This document shows positions 39,655 through 63,446 of a DNA stretch of 64,000 nucleotides, in pieces (the first letter of the stretch is position 1; the number at the start of each line of letters is the position of its first letter). Position numbers and translations under genes: made by a program. This stretch comes from Octopus sinensis (taxonomy: Eukaryota). Under the pieces are notes generated by a model, which worked only from the letters and a program-made list of their open reading frames with translations, was not told the origin of the DNA and did not search any database. The DNA is taken from NCBI RefSeq assembly GCF_006345805.1, contig NC_043004.1:3100001-3164000 (forward strand), given 5' to 3'.

Positions 39655-40048
39655 CATTTCGTAAACGAATAATTGCATATCTGCAGCTACAGAACTGATT
39701 GATTCGCTTGAAACAGCATTACATATTTTAAATCTTCTAGGTTGGATATTTTACTGCTCAGAAGATATCTAAACGTTTCGGTGTCGATTTCCCCCTTCAG
39801 CCGTTGTTGGAATACGGGTCGTCACAGATTTAGGTCACACATTACAGCAGCAGTTGACAGTAAACATCTGCTGTAAGTTGTACGAGTAAACAATAAACTG
39901 TGTTGAAATCAAGATTGCCTGACTTGTAGCAGTCACCAAATATATGCATAGATACACACAGAAATACATACATACGTACGTACATATATACAAACATACA
40001 TACATACATACATACATACATACATACATACATACATACATACATACA

Positions 40049-40079
<31 letters not shown>

Positions 40080-40322
40080 CATACATACATACATACATAC
40101 TTATAATGTATAAACGAAGAAGTCAAATGGAGTTTAAAATTCACAACAGCTGTTTCGGCAGCATTTTATTGATACATTCTTAGATTACATCGTAGCAACA
40201 TCCTGCCATCATCAGGTAAACTTTAAACGCATAAACAGGTAAGATAGGAACAGAAAATGACCCCTTCACCAGCCACCATTATGAACAATATATATACATA
40301 ATACATACATACATATATATAT

Positions 40323-40744
<422 letters not shown>

Positions 40745-40745
<1 letters not shown>

Positions 40746-40940
40746 TTAATTAAAAACAGTTAATTGAAAAAGGACAAGAAGAAAAAACAATCTGAGGACG
40801 TAGTAAATGCAAATTATTAATGAGAGGTCAGAGGAGGAAAGAAAGGGTGTTTTACATTTCGAGGAAAGCTCTTCTTCGGCAACAGGAGATATAGGAAAGT
40901 TCAAAAGAAAAGCAAGGACAACAATCGCCAACAGTCCACA
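40745..40940 (-). mobile_element. Family F repeat (decayed hammerhead)
   Basis: Homology to 7937-8133; CCGAAGAAGAGCTTTCCTCGAAATGT on the minus strand. Confidence 0.7.
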
Positions 40941-41945
40941 AGTATACTTATATATATATATATACCCACACACATACACGCCCAGATGTATGTATGTGTA
41001 TATGTACCTCAAGTCGGGCTCAAATTTGCTACCATTGAAAGTACGAGAGAACACTTTTAACAACAAAACTTTCATCTGTTGACTGAGCAAAGAAATATGA
41101 AGAAGTTGCTATTTTAAAATGTCCGAATGAAGGACAGATATATTTTCCATTTTTCCTTTATTTATTTATTTTTTTTAAACATTGAAAGTTTCGAAATTTG
41201 TCTTAATCGCAGACAGTAGAGTTATCTCCCATTAAACCAGAAACCGTTGGATGATCCGCATTGGTGCAGTTTAAGTGTGGGTGAGATTATGCGCGAATAA
41301 TACACACACTTATGAAGGTTTGTGTGTATGTGAGTGTGCGAATACAGATAAACGGTTGACTACATGAGTACGAATGTATGTGTGTGTGCGTGTGTATGTC
41401 CATGTGTGTGTGCGCGCGCGTGTGTGTAAGTGTATTTAAAAGTATATTATTCACAAAAATAATCAGTGCGTATGTATAAATGTGTGGGTGGTAATTAATT
41501 TCGGTGTATTTATATATTAATTACCTCAGAACAAATGAAACACAAAATACAGTAATAATAATGTATATCAGTTTCTGCTTAATGTTTGCCTTATATTAAT
41601 TAAATTACAAATATATTTATTTCTTGTTATTGTAGTTATCTATTAATTAAGTACTACTAATAACAAGTCAACTAAAACAGCGAAATGAATTAATAATTTT
41701 CTAACAAGCAGCTAATCACATTTGAATATAAATAAAGCACAGAATCTGAATATACACTTAATTCTATTAAATATGAACATTTATTTACATATTCCATGTA
41801 TTTATTAGCATAATTTATGCGTAATATATGTATGAATTGAATATCATACGCATTATGTATACAAATACATAAATAAGTGTATTGATTGATTAATGTATTT
41901 ATATACAAATACCAATTTACGGGTATGTGTGCGTATGTGTGTGTT

Positions 41946-41992
<47 letters not shown>

Positions 41993-42362
41993 ATGTTTTG
42001 TTGTAGTTTTTGCGGTGAGAAAGTATATATTCTCGTAGTTCGGCAAGATTGTTGAAGCTAAATATATAACAAATATTTACGATTATTCACTTCACTCGTT
42101 TAACGGCCAATTTTTTTATTCTGCATAATAGGACAGTGACCTCCATATACAGACAGGCAGTCAGACAGACATACTGATTAGCTGACAGACAATATACCTT
42201 AATGACGAAGGCAGTATTAATACGGAACGGGGGGAACAGACTAACAGACTCCAGTAGACAGTCTGAGATAAACTTTCATATTCGCCTTTGGTGCTAAATG
42301 CACTCTTGTTTATATCGCCAGCAGGGATAAATCCCCGCTACCTCCTGCGCTGAGACCACCAA

Positions 42363-42400
42363 ATCATGTGATTTCGACCTTATTTGGTCTTGTCAATGAT
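42363..42400 (-). ncRNA. Hammerhead-like motif, U3:A8 core, cleavage triplet decayed
   Basis: ATCA TTGACAA GACC aaataa GGTC GAAA tcaca TGAT. Confidence 0.5.
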
Positions 42401-42545
42401 GGACACTGACAGACAGACAGACTGACCCACACATATGTACATATACAAGAACTCATAAACACCCTCATATGCATATGTATGTAACTGTATCCATGTATGT
42501 GTATGTGTAATATGCATGCATATATTATTATTATTATTATTATTA

Positions 42546-42580
<35 letters not shown>

Positions 42581-42586
42581 TATTAT

Positions 42587-43676
42587 TGAGTGAGAGCAGC
42601 GCATGCCATTAACGTGACACTGGATAAGATATACGAAACCCAGTATACCCATCACGACTACCCGTCCGATAAAGGTACACCAGGCACATGCATCACAACC
42701 ATATGTGCGCGACATGGTGATCTCATATCAATATAAACAGCCAATGATCTTGCAGGTGGGGTCCAGTTAGAATTTTCTTCAGGTCGAGTAGCTCATCCCG
42801 CTACAAAATTTTATTCTACGAGAGTTCCGGACCCCATCAATGAACTCATTTGCATAATCGAATCAGAGCTCACCTCGATCGTGTTGTCAAATTAACAAAC
42901 ACATCAAGTAAACTCAAGACTAAGAAAGGTGTTGTAAGTCGACCGATCGCCAAGTTACGCCTGATTTTAGGAAGAGACAAGTAATTAGATAGATTTGCTT
43001 CTATATCTATTATCGGATTGTGTTAGGGCCCCATATGGTAAAGATGTGGATGAGGAAAATGTGGGTAGAGGGTGATGTGCTAGCAACCCTCTCTTCTTAC
43101 TGTCTTACAAAGTAAACTACAACACAAATAATTACGCGGAGGCAGCCATGGTTGGAACAAGAACAACAAGCATTCTTAAAAGAGAAAAGAAGCATGGTCA
43201 TTCCTTACCCAAGTGACCTAATCTTATTGCCCATCACTTGTTATGCGCTCATAAATTAATTTGATAGTTGAGCTCTGATTGGCTGTATGCAAATGAGTTC
43301 ATAACTGGGGTCTGGAACTCTCGTGGGAAAAAAAATTTCGCATCCTGCTCAAAAGATCTCTGAATAAGGATTGTTGAACGAAACACCCATGTTTCCAAAT
43401 GTGAATTATCCAAAGCCGAAAGAATTCCTCTCAATACATGGCTATGATGCTCCCCCTCAACTTCTGCTCATGATCAGAGATGCACATATCGTCAGCTACT
43501 AAGGGACATACCCAACTGGTTATGGTCAAACAAATCACAAGCAAATCTATGGCATTGAGCAGAATATTTGCTGTAGACCATCTTTTATACCAAGACAAAA
43601 CAATGTACATGATAGCACTTCAAATCAGTTAAGATCAGAAACTATGAGGGTCACTGCCTGGTACTGCATCAGGGTC
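42587..43676 (-). mobile_element. Family E ~610-bp non-coding element between (ATT)n tracts, split by a MULE-like insertion
   Basis: Colinear with 58111-58717, with the same two ends (TGAGTGAGAG ... GGTACTGCATCAGGG); strand inferred from the (TAA)n tail. Confidence 0.85.
42803..43340. mobile_element. Non-autonomous MULE/Mutator-like DNA transposon
   Basis: ~75-bp imperfect TIRs; 9-bp TSD CATCCCGCT (42794) and CATCCTGCT (43341); the empty site is visible in the E copy at ~58321. Confidence 0.75.
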
Positions 43677-43730
<54 letters not shown>

Positions 43731-43737
43731 TATCATT

Positions 43738-43866
<129 letters not shown>

Positions 43867-43867
43867 T

Positions 43868-44371
43868 CTCTTATCACAGGCTTTTGGGGAATTCCTAGCA
43901 TCTTTCATGTGTAGCGGGCTTACTACCTGCATCTTGAATTACCATGCTATTCGTTCTTTTAAGCAATCTGATACTTTCTTGATTATTCTGGTCGTGCCAA
44001 GGAGTCAAAACTTTTGTAACGGTCCTACTGGGAACTCTTTTCCAATTTCCTTTATATTCCCTTTGATGCCTTCTGATACTGTTCCCAAGGACCCAATAAT
44101 AATTGGTACTTCTTCGTATTCCATATCCGGGCTATTTCGTACTTAAGAGGGTTGTATTTATCTTTTCGCCTTCCTTCTTCACTATTCATAGATCAAAGGG
44201 ACATGCAACATCAACTATATATCACATGTGGTACACTTTGTCCACTACCACTATGTCTGGTCTGTCATGCTCTAGCACCTGATCTGTTTGGATTGAGAAA
44301 AACCAGAGGGTTTTGCTAGTCTCCGACTCCGCCACTCTCTGCGGTATGCGCTCATACCACGCCTTGCTTCG
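43868..44371 (-). mobile_element. R4/Dong-like non-LTR 3' end (restriction-like endonuclease) ending in (TAA)n
   Basis: KAWYERIPQRVAESETSKTLWFFSIQTDQVLEHDRPDIVVVDK..IVDVACPFD...VPIIIGSLGTV...LQKF*LLGTTRIIKKV. Confidence 0.85.
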
Positions 44372-44407
44372 ATTATTATTATTATCAGTATTATTATTAT
44401 TATTATT

Positions 44408-44640
44408 CCAATAGTTATATCTACATTGGGAACTATCCCTAAAGATCTGAACAGATGGAAAGAGGAAATAGGCATAAAACCCAGTTTAGTACAACCCAAG
44501 AAAACTGTATTATTAAGGAAACCCAGGATACTTAGGAGGGTTCTTGCCATCTAAGGTTACTTGCTGTAATCCGATGTTAGGATTTTTTCATTACCGTCGG
44601 TCTAATCTGTTGAGTGTATATAAAAATAATAATAATAATG
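44408..44640 (+). mobile_element. Second R4/Dong-like 3' end with (TAA)n tail
   Basis: PIVISTLGTIPKDLNRWKEEIGIKPSLVQPKKTVLLRKPRILRRVLAI* followed by a short 3'UTR and (AAT)n. Confidence 0.8.
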
Positions 44641-44654
44641 ATATCATTATTATT

Positions 44655-45652
44655 GGGGCGGTGAGCTGGCACAATCGTTAGCGCATCAGGCAAAATACTT
44701 AGTAGTATATCTATTTCTTTATTACCCACAAGGGGCTAAAAACACAAGGGACAAACAAGGACATACATAGGTATTAAGTCGATTACATCGACCCCAGTGC
44801 GTAACTGGTACTTAATTTATCGACCCCGAAAGGATGAAAGGCAAAGTCGACCTCGACGGAATTTGAACTCACAACGTAACGGCAGATGAAATACCGCTAG
44901 GCATTTGGACCGGCGTGTTAACGTTTCTGCCAGGTCACCGTCTTTAGTAGTATATCATGATATACTTAGTAGTATATCATTTATCTTTACGTTCTGAGTT
45001 CAAATTCTGCTGAGGTCGACTATAACTTTCATTTTTGCGGCGTCGATGAAATAAGTTCCATTCGAGTACTGGGAAAGATGTAATCGACTTGCTCGTTCAC
45101 TCAAGTTTCAGGCCTTCAGCCTTTTGTAGAAGGGATTATCATTATTATTAAGGCGGCGAAACGCGATGAGCTGGCAGACTCGTTGGGATGAAACGCTTCG
45201 CGGTATTTCGTCCGTCATTACGTTCTGAGTTCAAATTCCGCCGAGGTCGACTTTGCCTATCACCCTTTCGGGGTTGATAAATTAAGTACCAGTTACGCAC
45301 TAGGGTCGATGTAATCAACTTAATCCGTCTGTCTGTCCTTGTTCGTCCTCTCTGTGTTTAACCCCTTGTAACTAGTAAAGAAATAAGTATTTCGCCCCTC
45401 GCTACGTTCCGACTTCAAATACCACCGAGGTCGTTTTTGCCTTTAATCCTTTCGGGGTCGATGAATTAAGTACCTATTGAATACTAGGATTGATGTAATT
45501 GACTCATCCCCACCTCCCGCAAGCTGCCCTTCTGGCAAAAATTTGAAATAATCATTACGGCGGCCAGCTGGCGGAATCGTTAACACGCCGGACAAAATCC
45601 TTAGCGATATTCTAGTATTATGTTTTGTGTTCAAATTCTGCCGAGGTCGACT
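44655..45652. mobile_element. Cluster of five nested or tandem family C SINE copies
   Basis: Repeated family C heads and bodies; inverted copy 44712-44943 flanked by TTAGTAGTATATC. Confidence 0.85.
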
Positions 45653-46354
45653 TCGGATACGTACCTGAAGTAGAAACAGTACTGCACTTCCACATAAGTT
45701 TATTTCAAATAGATATGCCTCCCTTCAGTTACTCTAATAACCTGCCGACTTAGTTATCTATAGAAGAACTAAAAGGTTAATATATCAGTTTAAATAAACA
45801 TACATTTATATATTTATTTACGGATTAAATAAATATGTATTTAGAGGTTAAAATTAACAGCAAAACAATAAATAACTACATAAATAAACAAATAGATAGG
45901 GAGGTAGGAACGTACGTACGTATAACGTAGATAAATAGGTATGTGAGTAGGTAGATAGATAGATAGATAGACGGATGGGTAGACAGACACACATCTTTTA
46001 GGGGTTGTCAGCAACTTTTGGTATGGAACCTTATACCACTCATGTTTCTATATGGTAAATACCTTTCCAAAGACTTTGTCTAGAATTAGTCTAATACCAA
46101 ATCCACTCACATGGCTTTGGTCGGCCCGAGGCTATAGTAGAAGACACTTGCTCAAGGTGCCACGCAGTGAGACTGAACCTGGAACCATGTGGTCGGTAAG
46201 CAAGCTACTTACCACACAGCCACTACTACACCTATATGAATATTTATCTAGAAATATGTACATAAGTTTGTATGGCAGTGTATAAATGTGTTTGTGCATT
46301 AGAACACTCACACAGACAGACAAACACATTCACACACACTCGCTCACGCACACA

Positions 46355-46415
<61 letters not shown>

Positions 46416-46779
46416 TGTTGAATTTCGGGACGGTCGTTTTTATCTTACCGAATAAACACACGCACTGCATATTCATTCTTCACTCATGTCCATTGTCCGG
46501 AAATATTTCGACACACATCTGTGACCTCCTCAGCGATACTTTCCGATTCCGCGTGTGCTCTTGCTCTGCTTAATCCATTCTGTTCTTCTATGATGTGTAT
46601 ACTTATATGCATTTGCATCTGTGTGTGTGCGTGTGTGCGTGTGCTCTTGCTCTGCTTATTCTACGATTGCCACATCACCTCAGAAGACTTTGGCCGGCTG
46701 AGACTACAGAAGATACTTACCCGAGGTACAACACAGAACCACGAGGTTAGGTAGAAAACTTCTAACTACACACCCACGT

Positions 46780-56450
<9,671 letters not shown>

Positions 56451-56631
56451 ACGTACTGATATCTGACTTGTGTCTAAAGGGTTTCGCATTTCGAATGTGT
56501 ATCGCAGACCCTACTGGAGCGCTCTGATCGAAATTGGTAAGCAGCTCCTTCCTGGAATACACGCAAAGGGAGGAGATGGCAGTGAGGACCCATATTCTAT
56601 GCGTGAGTGACATAGTGTAAAGATTTATGTA

Positions 56632-56700
56632 GTGCCAGATATGGAGTGCTAGATATGGAGTACCAGATGTGGTGTGCCAGATGTGGCGTGTCAGATCTAG
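56632..56700. repeat. 14-bp minisatellite, 5 copies (GTGCCAGATRTGGN)
   Basis: gtgccagatatgga gtgctagatatgga gtaccagatgtggt gtgccagatgtggc gtgtcagatctag. Confidence 0.85.
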
Positions 56701-57624
56701 CACCTCCACATATAGAGGTACCTGATGCCCTGTTGGGGTCAGATAGGGTCAATGGAAACTATAAAATGGTTAAAAGAGGAAAGTAAGGTTTCAGGATGGC
56801 TGATTGAATGTGTTGTGGAAGCAGCCAACTCTGCTGAGCAAATGCCATCTTAACATCAGTAGAACGGACTGAGAGGAGGGGCAGCGAGCTTGTGTGACAA
56901 AGGTTATGCCATATTTCGAAGTGGCTTCATGACGAGGCGATCTGGTCTCCGTGTGATGCAGAAGTAGCACCGTCACACATATGAGATCTCTATTCCGTCT
57001 TGGGTCTCTTCTGATCATTGTAGAGTTGGAGTCTGTTGTGTGGACGCCCCCAGACGATGAAGTAGACTAGCCCAATACGTAGATATAGAGGGAGAAGTCT
57101 AGACGTCGAGGAGACCGGAGAACAGTTGAGCAGCAGTCGGTAGACTAGTGAGTAGAGTAGTAGCAGAGTAGAGAAGAGAGCAGAGTTGAGTAGAAGGCAT
57201 CCCAACGTGCGACATGACAGAGTCTAAGTATTTTAGGGCCCAAAAGAGAAGTTGCAATCTCTGTGGAAGTGGTCCTAGTTATGTTAAGGATGCCGTTTCA
57301 GTGAGAGTAAAGCCGAACGAGCACTCGGGATTAGGACATATGTGAACACTGTTGTTGTTCATATATGTATCATTGATATATTCTTGCTGTCGTGTCAAGA
57401 CTGGTCTGTCTTCATTGGGGAATGATTTTTGTGGTTTATGGAGGAGTGATATTTACTTGTGCGATGAGTGGATGACTCACGTTTGGGGATGTTTAGGGGA
57501 CACTTATGGTGGTGTCCTTTTTTGTAAGAAAGGCGTTGTTAAGCATGGTATGAAGTCGTTGGTGTATTGAAGGGTGTAGAAATTACAACAGAATCCTGGT
57601 GTTGATAGAAACTTTAATTATATT

Positions 57625-57958
57625 CTTTTATTCTTTTACTTGTTTCAGTCATTTGACCGCGGCCATGCTGGAGCACAGCCTTTAGTAGAGCGAATCGACC
57701 CCAGGACTTACTCTTTCTAAGCCTAGTACTTATTCTATCGGTCTCTGTTTTGCCGAACCTCTAAGTTATGTGGATGTAAACACACCAGCATGGTGGGGGG
57801 ACTAACACGGACACACAAACACACACATCCACACACACTCACAAGGCTTTGGTCGGTCCGAGGCTATAGTACAAGACACTCACCCAAGGTGCCACGCAGT
57901 AGGACTGAACCCGGAAACATGTGGTTCATGTTACTTACCGCACAGTCACTACTGCGCA
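57625..57958 (-). mobile_element. Family A SINE
   Basis: Homology to family A. Confidence 0.85.
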
Positions 57959-58110
57959 TATTTCCATTTGACGGATATTTGCCCTCATCTTGTTTCTTGT
58001 TAACACAACGTTTCGACTGATATACCCTCCAGCCTTCATTAGGCGTCTTGGAGAAATTTCGAACCTGAGTTCTCATTCGATGTTTTTATTATTATTATTA
58101 TTATTATTAT

Positions 58111-58817
<707 letters not shown>

Positions 58818-58845
58818 ATTATTATTAATATTATTATTATTATTT

Positions 58846-59233
58846 AGTGATTCTGGGGTGAAATATACGAAACCCAGTATAACCATCATGACTACCCATT
58901 TGATGTGGGTACACCAGGCATATACATCACAACCATATGTGCGCGACATAGTGGTCTCATAAACAGAGCACGACTTTGCAGGTGGGGCTTAGTTAGAATT
59001 TTCCTCGGGTCGAGAAGCCCATCTCGCTCAAAAGGTCCTTGAGGATGTCGAACGAAATAATGTTTCCAAAGGTGAATTATCCAAACCCTAAAGAATTCCT
59101 CCGAACACATGACTATGATGCTCACCTACTACTTCTGTTCGTGGTCAGAGATGCACATATCGTCAGCCACTAAGGGACTTGCTCAACTGGTTAAGATCAA
59201 GCAACTGACAAGCAAATCTGTGGTATTGAGCAG
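58846..59233 (-). mobile_element. Family E element, diverged and truncated
   Basis: Homology to 58111-58717; (ATT)n flanks. Confidence 0.8.
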
Positions 59234-59429
59234 TATTATTATTATTATTATTTTTATTGTTGTTGTTGTTGTTGTTGTTATTGTTGTTGTTGTTGTTGTT
59301 TTTATTATTATTATTCAGGTCACTGCCTGGAATCTTGGTGTTAGTAGACTACGCCATATGCCCGTGGGCATATGTAAATAATGCAAATAATGTACATAAT
59401 TCCTCATCTCTTAAATATAGAGCTGCAGA

Positions 59430-60000
59430 GAGAAAACTGTTAATACAAATTGCAATCCAAGACTTGAGGGACTCACCAGCCCGGATGCGAGCAGTTTCGA
59501 TACGAGATTGGTATGAAATCTCAAGCAAAATGTTTTGTGATTACACAGATGGCAATGATTTTTTTCCCAAATCCTCCAAAAAGAGAACCATGGGCACTAG
59601 GTCACCACTGGATTTGGATTTACAAAACTGTATTGGTAATCATTAAGTGAGAGAGGGTGAGAAAGAGAGTGACAATGCGATTTTAAATGTTTGGAGGTAT
59701 GTTTGATGTTACTGGGAGTGTAATAGGACGATAGACGGCAGGGCCACAGGAGTTGTTTTGTTCTTACGAATGGGGGATATAGTTTCCAAAGATCAGGTAA
59801 GATCAGCGCAAAGATTGAGTGATTGGAGTTTTTGCTGAATATAACGGATAATAATGGGGCGTAATGATGGAAGGAAATAGGAGAGATATTGTTAGGGTCG
59901 ATGATCTTGTGGTCTTGCTGATTTGAAAGAACCAAGTGTATTTTCTTTCTTTTTGAAAGGAATCAGAAAGATTAAATGTAGTGTGGTTGGCAGATTAACT
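59430..60000 (-). pseudogene. Decayed CR1/Jockey-group reverse transcriptase fragment
   Basis: DPNNISPISFHHYAPLLSVIF..NHSI..ILPDLWK...LNDYQYSF...HTNLVSKLLASG matches LINE RT domains 0-3. Confidence 0.6.
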
Positions 60001-60683
60001 TGAGGGCTGTAGCAGTTTGAACAGAGATCTTGCAAGAATCGTGTTGCTGGACAATACTGTCCTGGTTTTATGGTTAATTGAATTTCTTTGGTGAAACAAC
60101 ACTTGAATTTTACTAAAACAGCTTCAAAACTTCTGGGTATAACTAACTGAGAGATCTGGAGTACTGAGTGCTGAAGGCTGTATGTCTAAAGACATGACTG
60201 TTTGTGTATATGTGTGTGTTTAATTGTGTGTGTGCCTTTGTGTTGGTCACTATCCACTGCCTACAGAGAGAGACGAGGTTGCCAGACACGAGCATTGTTA
60301 CCTCTGGAAGTCTACATGCTGTAGATGTTTATTTTAACTTGAAAATTCTCGTCTTTTCATAAGGCTCACCTGGGTATTGTGGCACATAGGTTAGGGAGTA
60401 AACCACTTGATCTAGAGTGCAACGTTGAAGGTGGTCTGGTGTTCACCTCCACAATTTTCTCAAAAATTCTGCATTCAAGCAGCCACCAAACATACGATTG
60501 GAACAAACAAATATAATAAAGAAGCATTATCTGGTATCTTGGCAAACTCAGATTTCGCAACACCTGGCTGAGATCTTACCTTTGAGGGTTCCTTCAGTGT
60601 CACAATAGACAATGGGACACATAGCGCGTTAGCAGCTACACACACACATACTCTCACACACACATATATACATACATATATAT

Positions 60684-60743
<60 letters not shown>

Positions 60744-61018
60744 ATATGTATCGGCGCTGCTCCAGCATGGCCGCAAACAACTGAAACAAATAGAAGGATA
60801 AAACAATATATGTATGTATGTGTATGTATATATGAATGAATGAATGTATTCTGAAAATAAGATGTATGCCCAATGGAGAAATCTTGATATGTATAAAAAT
60901 CTTCTATGAATATGATTATAAAGAAACCCCTCCCCTCTACACACACATGAACACAAAGACAGCAATGGAATAGTGTTGTGTTCACTTGCATCCATGCAGT
61001 TAAAACCCAGACTTTCAC

Positions 61019-61051
<33 letters not shown>

Positions 61052-61889
61052 AGTGTTTGTATAAATGTATCTATATACACATATCTTGCATTTATTTTTT
61101 AAACTTGATTTATTTATCTATTTATTTATTTATTAATAAATAAATAACTTACAACACAGTAGAAGAAAAAGAAAGCATTATAACCTGGTTTATTCAAATT
61201 CTACCAACACATTTCGAAAAAAAAACAAAAACAGAATAGATCTGTTTATCTGTATCGTAATTTATTTATTTTTTATGCGAATGTATGAACTTTTCTCTTC
61301 TTATTCGGGAAAAAAAAAAAAACTTTAAATTATAAAATAATATGAAATGCACCAACTGTCCGCTGCCGGTAGAGAAAAAAAATCAATTCCTACGAAATCA
61401 TCTATAATTGTCAATATCGTTAAATTAGTGCAAGGTTGCAGGGGTGTGTGTGGTGGTGGTGGTGGTGGTGATTGTGGGGGGATGTCTGTAATCAGTAGAA
61501 TGTTAGATTTGGTTTCGCCTATCTGTTTTATTATAACTCCCAACCTACTCAATTTTGCCAATATGTAAATATGTTCCATATGAAGGCAGAGCTTTTTTGC
61601 TATCCAAAATCTTCTAGGAACAACATATTTATATATATATATATATATATACAAAAGCAAGAATATATATATATACATATAAAAACAAGAAAATTAGCAT
61701 AATAAGGAAAACGAAAGAAACGCGAGTAACATGGAAGGTTGTTCTGAGGAAAGAGAGGACAGATGATTTTTGCGAGAAAAGAATTTCATTCGCCACGTGC
61801 AGAGATACTAACAAATTGCTGCTCACTTACCTACCTATACTCAGGTATTCCCGTATTCTAACCTATACACCTACACATACATCCACATC

Positions 61890-62250
61890 TTATGCAGATG
61901 AGGCCCACAACAGAAAATTGGTCTCACATCTGGGACAGTGCCGATGACTCATGCAAAGACATCGATGACTGCATCCAGAAAAGTGCCACCAAACTGATTG
62001 GTCTAAAATTATTCAAATACTTTATGCCAAACACCCAGCCTTTTAGGTTCTTGCTACCTTCCTCTTGGAACCTATTGGTCTCTCATTTTTCTTACTGTAT
62101 CCCACATCTCAGATTCCATTGTCATCTCTAAAGCCAGTTCTTCCTTTTCCACACCTGGCTAATCTGCAATTTCTTCTCTGCTCACATCGTTCACGCACTT
62201 GTCGACTTGCAAACTTTTCAGGAGGATATGAATGACATGAATCTCACCAG
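61890..62250 (+). pseudogene. Decayed CR1/Jockey-group LINE C-terminus
   Basis: QMRPTTENWSHIWDSA...DCIQKSATKLIG resembles QVRPxMEYCSHIW..LDRIQKRAxRLI; later VDLQTFQEDMN. Confidence 0.55.
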
Positions 62251-63028
62251 TCTTCGGTGTCTTACGAAAGCCATGGGATCTACACCTTCCTTCAGATCCA
62301 CGGAGAAAAAAAGAATCCTAGCTTCCTAGAATCAATTAATTTGGCTAATAGATATCCATTATTTTATTCTTTTATTCTTTCACTGGTTTTAGTTATTGCA
62401 GAGCAGCCATTTAGGGACTACAAACACACACACACATAGTGAGCTTGTTCTTGCAACTGACCCCTGTTGACTCAATAAAACATATATATATAACTCACTC
62501 AAAACTCTTGTCTGTTACTACACGTGACAAAAAGAATGACTCTGCCAAGAAACAACCTTCTCTTCTAAACTCTTGCGTCTTCAGTTCTTTCAAAATGCAA
62601 TATTTATTGAAAGAACTTTGTTTATACGAAACGTTTTGTTTCGTTCCTCTTTGTTCGTCGCCATTTTCTTCTGTTCATTTCTTTCTTGACGAAGCACTGC
62701 AGACCGAATCATTGAAAAGTTTTAATTTTTGTTTCCTTAACATTTTCTATAAAATTAACCTCATCGTCGTACTGCTTAGTTGATTTTTATTGCATCTGGT
62801 TGATTGTTGTTGATACCTCGTGGACAACATCAATGATCGTTGTCTTAAGTTTACATCTGGACTATATTTATAGTTTTCTCTGCGATTGATTGAATGGTCT
62901 CCGATATTGGTGTTCTACATTAGAAAGTAGGACATCAAGATCTCGACCTATCCCCCAACCAAATTTCGAATGCTTATACCAAACTTGTTCTGGTTAAAGT
63001 CACCCAAGGAACATGTTATTGTGTTAAA

Positions 63029-63153
63029 TCTGGTGACATATTGCCTCTATTGTCCAAGAAAAGCTACCATTCAATTAAACGGATTTCCGAATATGAAATC
63101 CGTTTGAATGAATTGTAGCTTCACTTGGACAACGGAGGCAATATTTCACCAGA
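63029..63153. mobile_element. 125-bp palindromic (foldback) MITE-like element
   Basis: TCTGGTGA..ATATTGCCTC..TTGTCCAAG..AAGCTAC..AAACGGATTTC [7-nt loop] GAAATCCGTTT..GTAGCTT..CTTGGACAA..GAGGCAATAT..TCACCAGA. Confidence 0.75.
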
Positions 63154-63194
63154 CATGTTGTTATTGTTGTTGCTGTTGTTGATGATGATGATGT

Positions 63195-63335
63195 CCAATT
63201 TCCACCGAAGTTGACTTTGCCTTTCATCCTTTCGGAATCAATAAAATAAGTTTCAGTCGAACACTAGGGTCGGTGGAAACGACTCATCCCTTCCCCAAAA
63301 TGGGTGTCTTTATCGCAAAATTTCAAACCATTATA
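63195..63335 (+). mobile_element. Family C SINE 3' part
   Basis: TTGACTTTGCCTTTCATCCTTTCGG...CCCCAAAAT. Confidence 0.7.
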
Positions 63336-63379
<44 letters not shown>

Positions 63380-63396
63380 TAATAATAATAATAATA

Positions 63397-63446
<50 letters not shown>

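Noticed and set aside
61490-61620. KQIGETK, a possible GIY-YIG remnant
   Set aside because: A single short motif is insufficient
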